From assembly GCA_022451235.1 (NCBI GenBank), contig JAKUOA010000006.1, positions 44,413 to 108,412 on the forward strand: a stretch of DNA of 64,000 bases. Direction: 5' to 3'. Made by a program: the position numbers and the translations under genes. Below, piece after piece: positions 28,217 to 41,728 of this stretch (positions within the stretch are counted from its first letter, which is position 1; each line of letters begins with the position of its first letter). The notes under the pieces are model-generated. The model was not told the origin of the DNA. It saw only the letters and a program-made list of their open reading frames with translations, and searched no databases. The stretch is from Candidatus Thalassarchaeum sp. (GTDB lineage: Archaea; Thermoplasmatota; Poseidoniia; Poseidoniales; Thalassarchaeaceae).

Positions 28217-30913
28217 ATGGCGAAGCGATCAATGCTTGACCAATTCGCTGAGATTAAGGCGCAGCACCCCGATACTGTTCTATTTTTCAGAATGGGAGAT
28301 TTCTACGAGATGTTCTATGATGATGCAGTGTTAGCATCGGAAGTACTCGGAATCACCCTGACTAGTCGCGACAAGAGCGCGGATGAACCGGTTCCGATGG
28401 CAGGTGTTCCTTGGCATTCTGTTGAATCCTATCTACAGGGTATGTTGCGAGCCGGGCACAAGGTGACCTTGTGCGAGCAAGAAGATGAATTACGACCGGG
28501 TTCCAAAATTCTTGAAAGAGTAGTTACCCGTGTTTATACTCCTGGCTCGCTTTACGAGGAGGACCTGATTGGAGAAGATGGCTCAAGTTTACTTGCAGGT
28601 CTAATTTCACGAGGAGATGGCATCGGTCTAGCAATCCTTGACTCTTCAACAGGTAGAGCATGGTTGCAAGAGCATTCTGGACCCGGTCGCTATGAGCGGG
28701 TGCGTGATGAATTACAGAGATGGTCTCCAAGTGAGTTAGTTCTTGGGCGCCGCGAAGCTGAGAGCGAGGAGTCTCGAGCATTGTTATCCTCGCTAGATAA
28801 GGTTACTATGAGCGTTCACGAGGGTGGTAAGGAGCAACATCTTCAGGTAGTCAAAGACCACCTAGAATTAGTCGACTTAGGTTCTGTTGACTTAGATCGT
28901 AGACCCTTAGCAATGGAGGCTTGTGGACTCACTGCTGGATATCTTACAAAGTTACATCTCGTCGATGTAGTGCCTCTTCGCGAGGTACATTTCGATGCCG
29001 ATGACGGCCATCTTGTACTCGACCAAACAACACTTCGTAATCTGGAGTTAACACATACATTAGCCGGAGAGAAGGACGGCTCACTCTTACAAGCCATTGA
29101 TTGTACTCGTACTTGGATGGGGCGAAGACAACTCAAAGAATGGATTCTACGCCCACTAACCGATTCTGAGAAAATTGCCTCAAGACAGTCCGCTGTTGCG
29201 AGTCTAATTCGCGCACCTCGTCGCCTGGACAATATTCGTGAGTCGCTTAAGTCGATGCGCGACTTAGAACGTCTCTCTACTCGCTTGGCCTATGGTAGGG
29301 CCAACGCGAGAGACTTAGTTGCAGTCTCAGATTGTTTGGAGAGGATGCCACGACTCCAGGGATTACTTTCTGAAGGAGATTCTGAATTACTGCATCAATG
29401 TGCAGAGGGATTGTCAGATCTTGATCCTCTAATGCATCATATTGCATCCAGGGTTGTTGAAGATCCTCCGATGACGATTCGAGATGGCGGTATTTTCCAA
29501 GACGGCGTAAATGAGCAACTGGATGACCTACGTCAGAAGGCCGGAGAGGGTACAGATTGGCTAAAGGGATTTGAATCTAGGGAGCGTGAAAGACTCGATA
29601 TTCCAAGCCTCAAAGTCAAGCAGAATCGTCAGTTTGGATTCTTCATTGAAGTCACTAAGTCTCATTTAGACAAGATTCCTGATGAGTACCGTCGAAGGCA
29701 AACAATGACCAATGCAGAGAGATTTACTACAGAGGAATTGAAGGAATGGGAAGAAGTCATTTTAACAGCAGATGATAGATCCAAGGCCCTAGAACACGAA
29801 TTATTTCTTGGACTTCGTAAGGAGGTTGCATCAAATGCATCTAAACTTAGTGAATTAGGACGAAAGGTTGCCTCTGCTGACGTTCTGTCAGCATTCGCCA
29901 AACACGCTAGAAAGCACTCTTGGAATCGACCAGATATCAAACATGATTCGACAATGGAAATTGTAGCAGGCCGTCATCCAGTATTGGAGGGTGATGGGCG
30001 TTTTGTACCGAATGACATAAGCTTTGATAATCGTAGAAAATTCCTCCTCTTAACTGGCCCAAATATGGGTGGTAAGTCGACATATCTTCGACAAACAGCA
30101 CTAATTACAATCCTTGCTCAGGCCGGATCATTTGTACCTGCTGAAAAGGCAAGAATTGGTATTGTTGACAGAGTATTCACTAGAGTCGGCGCTCACGATG
30201 ATTTGCGACGAGGTCGTTCGACATTCATGATGGAAATGATTGAGGTTGCTCATATTCTACGAAGAGCGACACCTCGAAGTCTGATACTACTCGATGAGGT
30301 CGGACGAGGTACCTCAACTTTCGATGGTCTAGCAATCGCTTGGTCGGTTACTGAAGACATCTCCACCAGAGTTGCTGCAAGGACTCTGTTTGCCACTCAC
30401 TACCATCAGCTTGTTGGCTTGGCTAATGAGGTTGAAGGATTGGTAAATATCCATGTTCAGGTCGCTGACGTCAAGGGAGAAATTCGATTCTTACACACAG
30501 TCGCCGAAGGACCTTGTGACGATTCATATGGTGTACAAGTGGCGGCCTTGGCTGGCCTTCCTAGTGGGGTTGTTGAAAGAGCACGCGACTTGCTTATATT
30601 CCTTGAAGGTCAAGCTCAAGGTGCTCGAGCAGGTAGCGAGGGAACACCCGATACCAGGGAATCGGGGCAGTCTAGTATATACGGTTGGATGCTGGGTAAT
30701 GGAGACAAACCACCGGCTACCAATCAACTAATTTTGAATGAAGAACCGACTAAGGAAATAGTAGTCCAAGAAGACCCAGTATTGCGTGAAATAGCAGAGA
30801 GGCTAGAATCACTCGACCCAGACACACTTACTCCTCGAGAGGCATTAGAGGCACTCTATGCAATGAGAGCAGCACTGAATAACACACTTGATGGAAAACA
30901 TTTGGAGGAGTAA
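28217..30913 (+). CDS. mutS: DNA mismatch repair protein MutS (MutS1)
   Basis: GDFYEMF, PMAGVP, TGPNMGGKST, STFMMEM, DEVGRGT; GGAGGAG SD before ATG 28217. Confidence 0.97.
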   Translation: MAKRSMLDQFAEIKAQHPDTVLFFRMGDFYEMFYDDAVLASEVLGITLTSRDKSADEPVPMAGVPWHSVESYLQGMLRAGHKVTLCEQEDELRPGSKILERVVTRVYTPGSLYEEDLIGEDGSSLLAGLISRGDGIGLAILDSSTGRAWLQEHSGPGRYERVRDELQRWSPSELVLGRREAESEESRALLSSLDKVTMSVHEGGKEQHLQVVKDHLELVDLGSVDLDRRPLAMEACGLTAGYLTKLHLVDVVPLREVHFDADDGHLVLDQTTLRNLELTHTLAGEKDGSLLQAIDCTRTWMGRRQLKEWILRPLTDSEKIASRQSAVASLIRAPRRLDNIRESLKSMRDLERLSTRLAYGRANARDLVAVSDCLERMPRLQGLLSEGDSELLHQCAEGLSDLDPLMHHIASRVVEDPPMTIRDGGIFQDGVNEQLDDLRQKAGEGTDWLKGFESRERERLDIPSLKVKQNRQFGFFIEVTKSHLDKIPDEYRRRQTMTNAERFTTEELKEWEEVILTADDRSKALEHELFLGLRKEVASNASKLSELGRKVASADVLSAFAKHARKHSWNRPDIKHDSTMEIVAGRHPVLEGDGRFVPNDISFDNRRKFLLLTGPNMGGKSTYLRQTALITILAQAGSFVPAEKARIGIVDRVFTRVGAHDDLRRGRSTFMMEMIEVAHILRRATPRSLILLDEVGRGTSTFDGLAIAWSVTEDISTRVAARTLFATHYHQLVGLANEVEGLVNIHVQVADVKGEIRFLHTVAEGPCDDSYGVQVAALAGLPSGVVERARDLLIFLEGQAQGARAGSEGTPDTRESGQSSIYGWMLGNGDKPPATNQLILNEEPTKEIVVQEDPVLREIAERLESLDPDTLTPREALEALYAMRAALNNTLDGKHLEE

Positions 30914-30915
30914 TT

Positions 30916-32883
30916 GTGGCATCTTTAGAGAAGCCTGATAGAGTCTCAATCAAGCAACTGGATGAGTTAACCATTGGGAAAATAGCAGCCGGTGAGGTTG
31001 TTGAAAGACCGGCTCAAGTGGTTAAGGAACTCGTAGAAAACTCAATCGATGCCGGTGCCAATAGAGTTCGGGTTGAAATTGAGAGAGGTGGATTCGATAG
31101 GATCACAGTTATCGATGATGGCCATGGTATTCCCAAAGACGAATTATCACTGGCGATAACTCGCCACGCAACCAGTAAATTATCGAGTCCAGACGACCTT
31201 AGTAGCATTGAAACCAAGGGTTTTCGAGGAGAGGCTTTGGCTTCAATCGGAGCCGTTAGTGAACTTGTAGTTGCGAGTAGAATAGGAGACGGAGATGGTG
31301 TTCAAATCCGCGTCGATAACGGTATTGTTGGAGACGTAGAGGCAGCAGGCATTGCACCTGGTACTCGTATTGATGTTCTCAGCCTATTTGCCAAAGTTCC
31401 AGCACGTCTTTCATTTCAACGCCGTCCTTCAACAGAAACCGCTGCCATTGTTGATGTCGGTGTGCAAATGGCATTAGCTGAACCCAATGCTGGCATATTA
31501 ATCGAGGTAGATGGTAGGAAGGTGTTGGACTGCCCTCCAACCGAATCAGCCGAGGACCGATTGTACGATTTGTTCGGTTCAACCTCTTCAGAGTTGATTC
31601 CACTTACCTCCTCACAAGCCGATAGCGACGCACCAGGAGGTGAGAAATGGACTGGTTGGATATCACCACCAGGGCTCAATAGAAGCAGAGCGGATGATGT
31701 TCACATTCTAGTAAACGGAAGGCCAGTATCCCCTGGTCCTTTCCTTCAATCAGTAAGACGCGGCTACCATACTCGGTTAATGGTGGGAAGACATCCAATT
31801 GGTGTTCTATTGCTAAGTCTGCCCGCGGATGAGGTGGATGTCAATGTTCATCCGACAAAAAGAGAGGTAAGGCTGAAGAATTCCTGGCGTGTATTGGAGC
31901 GGCTTGAGCGTTCGATAAAACACACGCTTTCGCAAATCGCAACTAGGCCAGAAGCTAGTGAAGATACAGTTCTGGAAGGTATCTCAGAGAGAGCTGGGCC
32001 AATACCTCCTGAATCACCAGCAACGAATCTACCCGAATGGGCTAGCGCTGCTAGTGAGAATCAAACTGTGCAGACTCGATTTTCTAGTATTCGTTCTTCT
32101 GTAGAAACAACCGCACGGATTCAATCCAAATCTACTTCCGAATACATCACTGAACAAGATACTCTACCTGGTATGGACTCCGAACCAACAACACCTTCTC
32201 TATCCTCAGAGGAAAGAGAATTACACAGACACGCGATTGGTAAATCAACTTCTCCACTTGATGAACCAATCCCAAAGGCGGCGGTTATACCAGAACTCCC
32301 AGAGATGACTCCATTAGCACAGTTGTCCGATTCCTACATCTTAGCCGAGGGTCAAGATGAGTTATTCATTGTAGATCAACACGCTTTACACGAACGAATT
32401 CGTTATGAGCGATTACGTGAACAAATGGTTAGTTGGGATGGTCAAGATTTACTAAATCCAATTTCTCTCTCTGTTGGTGCAAGGCAGAAGGCTGCAGCTA
32501 TTGCTAGGCAGTCGACATTGGAGAGTTTGGGTATCGCATTTGAAGCACACAATGACTCACTACAAATTACTCGAGTACCGGAGATTTTAGTTGGAAACGA
32601 ATCTTTAGAAGAATTCCTCCAAGATTTACTCATCGAATTAGTAAGTACTCCAGATGGAACTGAGGAATTTGATGCTGTCACAAATCTCCGCGACCATATT
32701 GCATTTATGCGGTCTTGTCGAGGTTCCGTCAAGGCAAATGAAAAGTTGAACCTTGCTCAAATGAGGAGATTGTTACAGGATATGCGAACCGTTCCAAACC
32801 CTTGGGCTTGCGTGCATGGTAGGCCGACAGTGCTCCGATTAACAATGAAACACTTAGATCGTCATTTCGGTCGTCATGGTTGA
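30916..32883 (+). CDS. mutL: DNA mismatch repair endonuclease MutL
   Basis: IAAGEVVERP, GFRGEAL, DVNVHPTK, DQHALHERIRYE, CVHGRP. Confidence 0.97.
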   Translation: MASLEKPDRVSIKQLDELTIGKIAAGEVVERPAQVVKELVENSIDAGANRVRVEIERGGFDRITVIDDGHGIPKDELSLAITRHATSKLSSPDDLSSIETKGFRGEALASIGAVSELVVASRIGDGDGVQIRVDNGIVGDVEAAGIAPGTRIDVLSLFAKVPARLSFQRRPSTETAAIVDVGVQMALAEPNAGILIEVDGRKVLDCPPTESAEDRLYDLFGSTSSELIPLTSSQADSDAPGGEKWTGWISPPGLNRSRADDVHILVNGRPVSPGPFLQSVRRGYHTRLMVGRHPIGVLLLSLPADEVDVNVHPTKREVRLKNSWRVLERLERSIKHTLSQIATRPEASEDTVLEGISERAGPIPPESPATNLPEWASAASENQTVQTRFSSIRSSVETTARIQSKSTSEYITEQDTLPGMDSEPTTPSLSSEERELHRHAIGKSTSPLDEPIPKAAVIPELPEMTPLAQLSDSYILAEGQDELFIVDQHALHERIRYERLREQMVSWDGQDLLNPISLSVGARQKAAAIARQSTLESLGIAFEAHNDSLQITRVPEILVGNESLEEFLQDLLIELVSTPDGTEEFDAVTNLRDHIAFMRSCRGSVKANEKLNLAQMRRLLQDMRTVPNPWACVHGRPTVLRLTMKHLDRHFGRHG

Positions 32884-34061
32884 GATAAGCCAAGTAATTG
32901 CTGAATAAATCCCGGATGTGAAACTTCACAAATCTCCGCATCAACAACCTCACCTCCAACCTTGCTTGCAAGAATCATTGCAACCATCGCTAATCTATGG
33001 TCCATGTGGGTTTGAATCGGCTCATTTGGAGAATTAGGCGTCTGTCTTCCAGGAATCACAAGACCATCATCAGTCTCCTCTGCTTTCATCCCAAATGACT
33101 GCAAAAGTTCCACGGTGCGCAGAATTCTATCAGATTCCTTTCCTCGAGCATGCGGAATTCCGGTTATGTTCCCTCCCTCCCCTAAAGCCATCCAAACCGC
33201 GGCCGGTGTAACTAAATCGCTCGCATCTCTCAAATCGACTTCACCTCCATTTGCCCTGTCGATTGCATCAAATGCCATTAATAGCAGTGGGTCATATGTT
33301 GCCAATTCGGTTTGTAAGTGCAATCCATCGTGGAGAAGTTCCAGTAGAATGGCCATTGGGAATAGGCTCAACTCAGGTGGAATATCGATTTCATTGGGTG
33401 GATTAACACTCCAAGGTTGAAGGATTAATTGAGAGCTCATTTCTATTGGACAGCCACAACTCCGAGCAATATCGAAAGTCATGCCAAGATATCCTCTGCT
33501 GACAGCATCTCCCTCGACGTGTATCTCAATCGCTTCCTCGAGACTTGGGGACGCCAAAATCAATGCAGTTAATGGCTGACTTGATTGGCTTAGGTCTACG
33601 GTAGTGCCACCTTTCATTTTTCCATTTACAGTTACGGGTAATGAATCACTATCGACATCTACTTGTAAATCTCTCAAGACTTTTCCAAGACTACTACTTC
33701 TAGTTCTTAATGATTCATCTCCATCTAATTTGATTTTTTCACCCATAGTTGCCACAAGGGCACTGAGGACTCTCGCAGAAGTCCCCGAATTGCCACAATT
33801 TAGAATTGTATTCGGAGCACTCAGGCCCTGTTTTGGAGTTTCGACAAGCCAACCGTCTTCCTTATGATGAATATTTATTCCCATCTCCTGAAGACACTTT
33901 GACATCGATTCCGCATCTGCTCCAGGAGATTCATTGAACCGGATTAAACAACTAGAATTGCTCTGTGAAATCATTGCTAACCATCGAATTATGTGACTTT
34001 TTGAGGGAGGTAAACTCCACTCATGAGAGCCCGAAAGCCGCATCTCAGGTATGCTTAGCAC
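32874..34061 (-). CDS. aroA: 3-phosphoshikimate 1-carboxyvinyltransferase (EPSP synthase)
   Basis: PPSKSH, CGNSGTSAR, SSQ, RGKESDRI, DHRLAM, SHPGF. Confidence 0.9.
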   Translation of the reverse strand: MLSIPEMRLSGSHEWSLPPSKSHIIRWLAMISQSNSSCLIRFNESPGADAESMSKCLQEMGINIHHKEDGWLVETPKQGLSAPNTILNCGNSGTSARVLSALVATMGEKIKLDGDESLRTRSSSLGKVLRDLQVDVDSDSLPVTVNGKMKGGTTVDLSQSSQPLTALILASPSLEEAIEIHVEGDAVSRGYLGMTFDIARSCGCPIEMSSQLILQPWSVNPPNEIDIPPELSLFPMAILLELLHDGLHLQTELATYDPLLLMAFDAIDRANGGEVDLRDASDLVTPAAVWMALGEGGNITGIPHARGKESDRILRTVELLQSFGMKAEETDDGLVIPGRQTPNSPNEPIQTHMDHRLAMVAMILASKVGGEVVDAEICEVSHPGFIQQLLGLSQP

Positions 34062-34127
34062 AACCTCTCATCGAGGCTCGACAATTCAACCCAACGATGT
34101 GCAATAGAGAATTTGCATCAAACAAAT

Positions 34128-34973
34128 CTAGGCTCTGATGACGTCTCCAAAATCATCCTCGCCATTCCATTCCTTTGCTTTTTGATCGATTTCACAGGCG
34201 GCCAATGTTTCCTCCAGAGTACCTCTCATCTCAATCAAATTTGCACGTTCCAGCATCTTTGGACTAAGCCCCGGCATCAATATAGAAATAGCTCTAGGTA
34301 CACGTTTTGGATAGACTTCGTTTACGTGTCTAACGATATTTGTTGTACAGGTATTAGTGATGGTATTATACCATTCAGGATTATTTGCCAAATCGTTGGT
34401 CCTGTTCAAGTAGGATTCAAGCATTCTTCTCTCATTTCCTGGACCCAAAACCACTGCTTTGAATAGATGGGTTACTGAGTATTTTCTACATCGACTACGA
34501 ACTCCAATCACGTCCCTTTCCGTAGCCCACACATAGATTAATTCATATTCACGAAACAGCCCTTTCACAGGATGATATTTCTCACCTTGTTCCCTTCTAA
34601 CTTCTATGGAACAGGCTAGACGTCGCCCATCTTCAAATTGAAATGATAGAATTGTATGGGCCATTTGTCTGTGTCTAGGGTCAAAATATTCCAACATTAA
34701 CCAGATGGAATCTACCTTACTTAGGTCATATTCTTCGTCGATCCATTTCTCATCATAATCTCTAGTAGTACGCCAGTTGAAGTCTCGAATATTATTGATT
34801 TTAGCAATATCTCCTTCGAAATCTATGGTCGCATTACGTGAATTATCATTCACCCATGAACGGTCATTTGAAGGCCGTAATCTCCGAACTCTAATCCATA
34901 TCACGAGTAGAATCAATAGCCCGATAATCGCTAAACCGGCAAGGCCGGTAGTCAACCAGCTGGCTACGCTCAT
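34128..34973 (-). CDS. DUF4105 (Lnb N-terminal-like) membrane-anchored protein
   Basis: N-terminal TM; AHTILSF, SIEVRRE, YELIYV..TERD, WYNTITNTCTTN. Confidence 0.85.
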   Translation of the reverse strand: MSVASWLTTGLAGLAIIGLLILLVIWIRVRRLRPSNDRSWVNDNSRNATIDFEGDIAKINNIRDFNWRTTRDYDEKWIDEEYDLSKVDSIWLMLEYFDPRHRQMAHTILSFQFEDGRRLACSIEVRREQGEKYHPVKGLFREYELIYVWATERDVIGVRSRCRKYSVTHLFKAVVLGPGNERRMLESYLNRTNDLANNPEWYNTITNTCTTNIVRHVNEVYPKRVPRAISILMPGLSPKMLERANLIEMRGTLEETLAACEIDQKAKEWNGEDDFGDVIRA

Positions 34974-35021
34974 AGCCTCTGAGGAGGCCTATCAAAGCAT
35001 GAAACCTCTCCTTACTTCAGG

Positions 35022-35108
35022 TGGCGCGGCAGGGGAGATTCGAACTCCCGAGGTGAAACACCACTGGATTAGCAATCCAGCGCAATGGCCAGGCTATGCG
35101 ACTGCCGC
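35022..35108 (-). tRNA. tRNA-Ser(GCT), CCA encoded, no intron
   Basis: Reverse complement GCGGCAG...CTGGA-TTGCTAA-TCCAG, long variable arm, GTTCGAAT T-loop, CTGCCGC-G-CCA. Confidence 0.96.
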
Positions 35109-35154
35109 AGTGTCCCGGCGACCTTAGATTGGGGCTTAAGGCGAGCGGTTGGAA

Positions 35155-37851
35155 TCATTCTTCCTCGCTCGCCCCATCTGAATCCTCGTCATCTCCATCG
35201 ATGAGTTCAGCAGGAAGACGTGCTACGAAGATAATTTCGTCGACATGGGACTTTTTGTCCGAGCCCCTTAATTCCATTATCCTCGTGCCTTTTGTCACCT
35301 TACCCAAGGTTTCTTTGGTTTGAGTAGCAGGCATACGAATCATCATTCCACTGCCTGTCAACATGAATAATTGGTCAGATAGATCGGGGATTTGTCGCAG
35401 ACCGACAATTGAATCTTCATCAGATAGCGCCATTGTTCGAACTCCCTTAGTGCCGCGATTGGTTTTCCTGTAGCCATCTCTTTCCAACATGGTCTCGCCA
35501 TCGTCATCGACAATTTGCGTTCCATCTTCATCGGTAACCTGAATCATATTCCCTGAACCTAAACGGCTACGTTTTGCCATACCGTACTTAGAAATTGTAA
35601 GCACACTGGTGTCGAAATCATCAGTAACGATCATACCAATTACGCTATCTCCGGATTGTAGTTTCATTCCACTTACGCCTTGGCTAACTCTGCCTTGCAC
35701 CCTCACTGTGTGAGTTGTCTGAACTTCTCCACTTGTGGGGTCAGTCCTGGTTTTGACTTCAGATGGAACGAAGCGGCAAGCATACCCACCTGAAGACACC
35801 AAAACAACATGATCAGTATCGGTTGCAGGCCTTACCTGTACCAATGAATCGTCATCGTTTGCAAACTTCAAAGCATATTTTCCATTCCGGTTAATTCTAA
35901 CGTAATCAGAAAGTCTGCTTCGCTTAACTCGCCCCTGACTGGTAGCGAAAATGAGGTAGTTACCCTCTGGTTTTTCAATCAGCTCTCTATTCATTGGAAG
36001 TATTGAGATAACCTTCTCATCATCTCTAATTCCCTGTAACAAATTGCGAATATGAGTGCCTCTTCCATATCTGCTTGCTAGAGGAGTTTCCCAAGCTCGC
36101 AGACCGTAAACGCGCCCTTGATCAGTGAAAATCAGTAACCTGTCTTTAGAAAAGCAGGTAACGATTGCTGCCGGTGCATCTTCATCCTTGGTTGCAACTC
36201 CCTTGAGTCCCTTCCCTCCTCGATTTTGCAATCGGAAGGCCTCTACTGGTAGGTGTCTAATGTAATTGTCTTGAGTTAGAGAGATTACCAGTGCGCGTTC
36301 TGCTACTAGGTCCTCTCTATCCATTGAAAGTGGAGTTGGGTCAATGTGACTACGCCTTTCATCTCCATGTTTTTCTACTACATTGTCGAGTTCAGAAATC
36401 AGTATTTCCAATCTTTGCTTGCGACTATCGAGAATTGATTTGTACTCTTTGATTGCCTCTTGTAGTTTTGCAAGCTCTTCTTCAACCTCTTTTACGTTTA
36501 GTTTGGTAAGTTGATATAATCTACGTTCAGCAATCGCTTTTGATTGCTTTTGTGAGAAGTCAAATCGCTTTATCTTTGGATATTTTTCTTCTCCTCTGAG
36601 GTAAGTTTCGAATTGATCTCTAGAGTCGGAATTTCTTCCGACTTCAATTATTTCCGTCATTCTCTTCTGAGCAGCCATGAGGCCTTCGAGAATGTGGGCT
36701 CTTGCTTCAGCTTTGTTCAAATCAAATTGAGTTCGTCTTTCTATAACTGACTCTCTATGTCGGACATAGGTGTGCAAAATAGTGGACAAATCTAGTTGTA
36801 CAGGTGCACCATTGAGGATACCCATCATATTAGCTGAATATGATTCTTGTAATCTGCTTGATTTGTATAATTGGTTGAGGATTGCGTGTGGGTCAGCATT
36901 ATTTTTGACTTCGATTACTACTCGGATTCCTTCTTTACTGGACTCATCACGAATGTCACGAATGCCTTTGATGGTCTCTTTGGTTACTAACTCTGCAATC
37001 CCCTTCAGCATGCTTGCTTTACGAACCTGATAGGGAATAGAAGTGATCACTATTTTCTTGCCTGATGAATCATCTCTAACCTCTGCTTCAGAGCGTATGT
37101 GAAATCTACCCTGCCCGGTTCTATACATATCTAGAATACCATCTATTCCGTAAATTGTTGCCCCTGTGGGAAAATCCGGTCCTTTGAGATGTTCCATATA
37201 TTCCATCGCGTCAATCTTTGGTGGTTTATCCAATGACCTTTTCCGATCTTCTTCGATAACCTTCTCGGTGTGAAATCGCACTGCCGCGGCGACTTCGTTT
37301 AGGTTGTGAGGGGGTATTTTTGTCGCCATTCCAACTGCGATTCCATCGCTTCCGTTTAGCAGAAGATTAGGGAGTCTTGAGGGTAATACGGTGGGTTCAC
37401 TCTCACTATCATCGAAGTTCGCAACCATGTCTATGGTGTCCTTGTTGATATCGTCTAACATGTGAGAAGAAAGTCGGTCTAACCTACTCTCGGTGTATCT
37501 CATAGCGGCAGGAGGGTCACCATCGATGGAGCCGAAATTACCCTGACCATCAACCAATGGATATCGCAATGAGAAGTCTTGAGCCATTCTGACCATGGTG
37601 TCGTAGAGTGCCTGGTCACCATGTGGGTGGTACTTACCCATGACTTCTCCAACGGATCTTGCTGACTTACTGTAGCTCTTATCGTGAGTATGACCTGCTT
37701 GATGCATTCCCCATAGAATACGCCTATGAACTGGCTTCAAACCGTCTCTAACGTCCGGAAGCGCTCTACCAATGATTACGCTCATTGCATAATTTATGTA
37801 GCTCTCTTTCATCTCATCGGAGACAAATCTTCGCTCTAAATCTTCACTCAT
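35155..37851 (-). CDS. gyrA: DNA gyrase subunit A
   Basis: [26 protein letters not shown], GyrA box QNRGGKG. Confidence 0.97.
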   Translation of the reverse strand: MSEDLERRFVSDEMKESYINYAMSVIIGRALPDVRDGLKPVHRRILWGMHQAGHTHDKSYSKSARSVGEVMGKYHPHGDQALYDTMVRMAQDFSLRYPLVDGQGNFGSIDGDPPAAMRYTESRLDRLSSHMLDDINKDTIDMVANFDDSESEPTVLPSRLPNLLLNGSDGIAVGMATKIPPHNLNEVAAAVRFHTEKVIEEDRKRSLDKPPKIDAMEYMEHLKGPDFPTGATIYGIDGILDMYRTGQGRFHIRSEAEVRDDSSGKKIVITSIPYQVRKASMLKGIAELVTKETIKGIRDIRDESSKEGIRVVIEVKNNADPHAILNQLYKSSRLQESYSANMMGILNGAPVQLDLSTILHTYVRHRESVIERRTQFDLNKAEARAHILEGLMAAQKRMTEIIEVGRNSDSRDQFETYLRGEEKYPKIKRFDFSQKQSKAIAERRLYQLTKLNVKEVEEELAKLQEAIKEYKSILDSRKQRLEILISELDNVVEKHGDERRSHIDPTPLSMDREDLVAERALVISLTQDNYIRHLPVEAFRLQNRGGKGLKGVATKDEDAPAAIVTCFSKDRLLIFTDQGRVYGLRAWETPLASRYGRGTHIRNLLQGIRDDEKVISILPMNRELIEKPEGNYLIFATSQGRVKRSRLSDYVRINRNGKYALKFANDDDSLVQVRPATDTDHVVLVSSGGYACRFVPSEVKTRTDPTSGEVQTTHTVRVQGRVSQGVSGMKLQSGDSVIGMIVTDDFDTSVLTISKYGMAKRSRLGSGNMIQVTDEDGTQIVDDDGETMLERDGYRKTNRGTKGVRTMALSDEDSIVGLRQIPDLSDQLFMLTGSGMMIRMPATQTKETLGKVTKGTRIMELRGSDKKSHVDEIIFVARLPAELIDGDDEDSDGASEEE

Positions 37852-37860
37852 TTTTCCACC

Positions 37861-39874
<2,014 letters not shown>

Positions 39875-39967
39875 GCATTCTAATAAAACTCTTCCTGTAG
39901 AGGGTTAATCAATACTCCCTAGTGTAAGTCAGATATACGTGGAAAGTGTAAGTAAATGTCCATCTTC

Positions 39968-39986
39968 ACCCCTCCATAGGAGGGGT
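39968..39986. repeat. Perfect 8-bp inverted repeat ACCCCTCC-ATA-GGAGGGGT containing SD-like GGAGG before aroD
   Basis: Read directly. Confidence 0.65.
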
Positions 39987-40000
39987 ATTGGCTCACAAAT

Positions 40001-40843
40001 ATGGTTAAACAGACCTCTCCGTTCGCCGAGCCGATGCAAAGACCCACCATCTGTGTGACTTTATCCGGTTGCTCGGTGGATGAGATACTCGCAGATGCTG
40101 CACGTGCTACTGCGGTAGGAGCTGATCTTTGTGAGGTACGCCTCGATATGCTTTGGGTTGTTGAGAAAGTCCCTGAACCTGTAGAAACAAATGATTCCGA
40201 TAGTAAGGACCGCTACACAAAGCCTGCATATGTCCCACCTGAGTACATCCCTCAAGCATTCGATTCGATCGATTTATCGGCCGCTCTTGAGGCATTCAAG
40301 GGTGGCATCGATTTACCTGTAGTTCTAACCTGTCGACCAGAGAGACAGGGAGGTTTTTTTCCGGGTACTGAAGAAGAGAGAATTTCTGTTCTTAGAACCG
40401 CAATCGACAGTGGAGTAAGTTGGGTTGACCTGGAGGCAGATATTGATTCCAAAATCCGCACTGAACTTTTGCAGATTGCTAAAGGCAATACTAGGGTAAT
40501 TTCCTCAACTCATTTCTCAGAAGAGCCTGATAGCGCATCAGAAATCATCAACGACATTGAAGATATGGCAGACTCTGGAGATATACTCAAAGTCTGTTAC
40601 AATACCAGTGGAAGGAACTCAGGCTTGAAATTATTTGAGGCGGCGTGGTTGCTAAGAGAATCCGAACATAACATAGCGATTATGGGCATGGGTATAGGTG
40701 GCGATTGGACTCGAATTCACGGCCCATTACTCAACCAAGAACTTGTATATTCCACAATGGAAACTGGCTCACATCTTTCTTCTCAAGGTAGAATAAACGC
40801 ATCAGACCTACTAATTGCTTGGGAAATGTTACACTACGAATGA
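40001..40843 (+). CDS. aroD: Type I 3-dehydroquinate dehydratase
   Basis: ADLCEVRLD, LTCR...GG, WVDLE, ISSTHF, ILKV, IMGMG..G..TR. Confidence 0.88.
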   Translation: MVKQTSPFAEPMQRPTICVTLSGCSVDEILADAARATAVGADLCEVRLDMLWVVEKVPEPVETNDSDSKDRYTKPAYVPPEYIPQAFDSIDLSAALEAFKGGIDLPVVLTCRPERQGGFFPGTEEERISVLRTAIDSGVSWVDLEADIDSKIRTELLQIAKGNTRVISSTHFSEEPDSASEIINDIEDMADSGDILKVCYNTSGRNSGLKLFEAAWLLRESEHNIAIMGMGIGGDWTRIHGPLLNQELVYSTMETGSHLSSQGRINASDLLIAWEMLHYE

Positions 40844-40844
40844 T

Positions 40845-41726
40845 TCATTGCTCTAGCAATGGAACCAATTCTTGCTTCTCTTGACTCTCCTCGGTACCGC
40901 TAGCATGGTATCTTGAGTGCATTAGTATGGGTACAATTACACAGCTTAGAGGTAGTAATCCCACAATTACGTATGCTGTAAATTTAGGTAGAGTTAATCG
41001 TTCCTCTACTTCAACCCAAACCTGAACAATCATATCTCCATCAACAACAGATGCATCATTTGGTCTGCTATTGTTCCAATTATCCAGAGCGAGGAAATAT
41101 TCTGCATCACTATTATCTCCAAACCAAGAAATGAATGCCTTGTTGTCGTTATCTAGAGCTGTGGAAAAACTAGTGCTCCGTTTTTCTTCATAGGCATGAG
41201 CGTCTCTGAAGGGAAGAAACACGACCATATCTCGCCATTCAACAGGAATCATATCTATTACCTCCTCCGGAGTCTCCCAACCTTCGGATGTCATTTCATA
41301 TTCATCTTGGTACCTTCTCCAATTCGCGGAATCAAACAGGTATACGTCTCCTTTCGGATCATCGGTAGGTGGATTATCTGGGTCGGAATTAAATTCAACA
41401 CAGAAGGTATACGAATATCCGGTAACCAATTCCAAACGAACCGCTTGAGCATAATTTCTTTGCAAATCGATTTCAACATACAAATCTTCAGTAAGAGGAA
41501 GTAAGTCGGTATTTTGGTTTGGTTGCTGCCCCCACCAATTCCATGGATTCTCATCAACCTCAACGACTTCTGCTACAGAGGAGTCAAATCCAACATCAAG
41601 AGGTACTGAGCAATCCTCTCCTGAGGCAACAACCGGACTAGTTGTCGCCAATAAAATTGCCAACATCGGTACAATTAGTCCAAAACTAAATCCACTCGCA
41701 AAGAGCTTTTTCAGAATTTCATGCAC
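40845..41726 (-). CDS. Hypothetical secreted protein with C-terminal TM anchor
   Basis: Signal-like N-terminus, acidic body, C-terminal TM; 2 nt downstream of the PKD peptidase gene. Confidence 0.75.
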   Translation of the reverse strand: MHEILKKLFASGFSFGLIVPMLAILLATTSPVVASGEDCSVPLDVGFDSSVAEVVEVDENPWNWWGQQPNQNTDLLPLTEDLYVEIDLQRNYAQAVRLELVTGYSYTFCVEFNSDPDNPPTDDPKGDVYLFDSANWRRYQDEYEMTSEGWETPEEVIDMIPVEWRDMVVFLPFRDAHAYEEKRSTSFSTALDNDNKAFISWFGDNSDAEYFLALDNWNNSRPNDASVVDGDMIVQVWVEVEERLTLPKFTAYVIVGLLPLSCVIVPILMHSRYHASGTEESQEKQELVPLLEQ

Positions 41727-41728
41727 CC

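Noticed and set aside
34100-35110. Integrated element at tRNA-Ser
   Set aside because: No integrase and no duplicated tRNA 3' end seen; flanking genes are housekeeping apart from one DUF4105 gene
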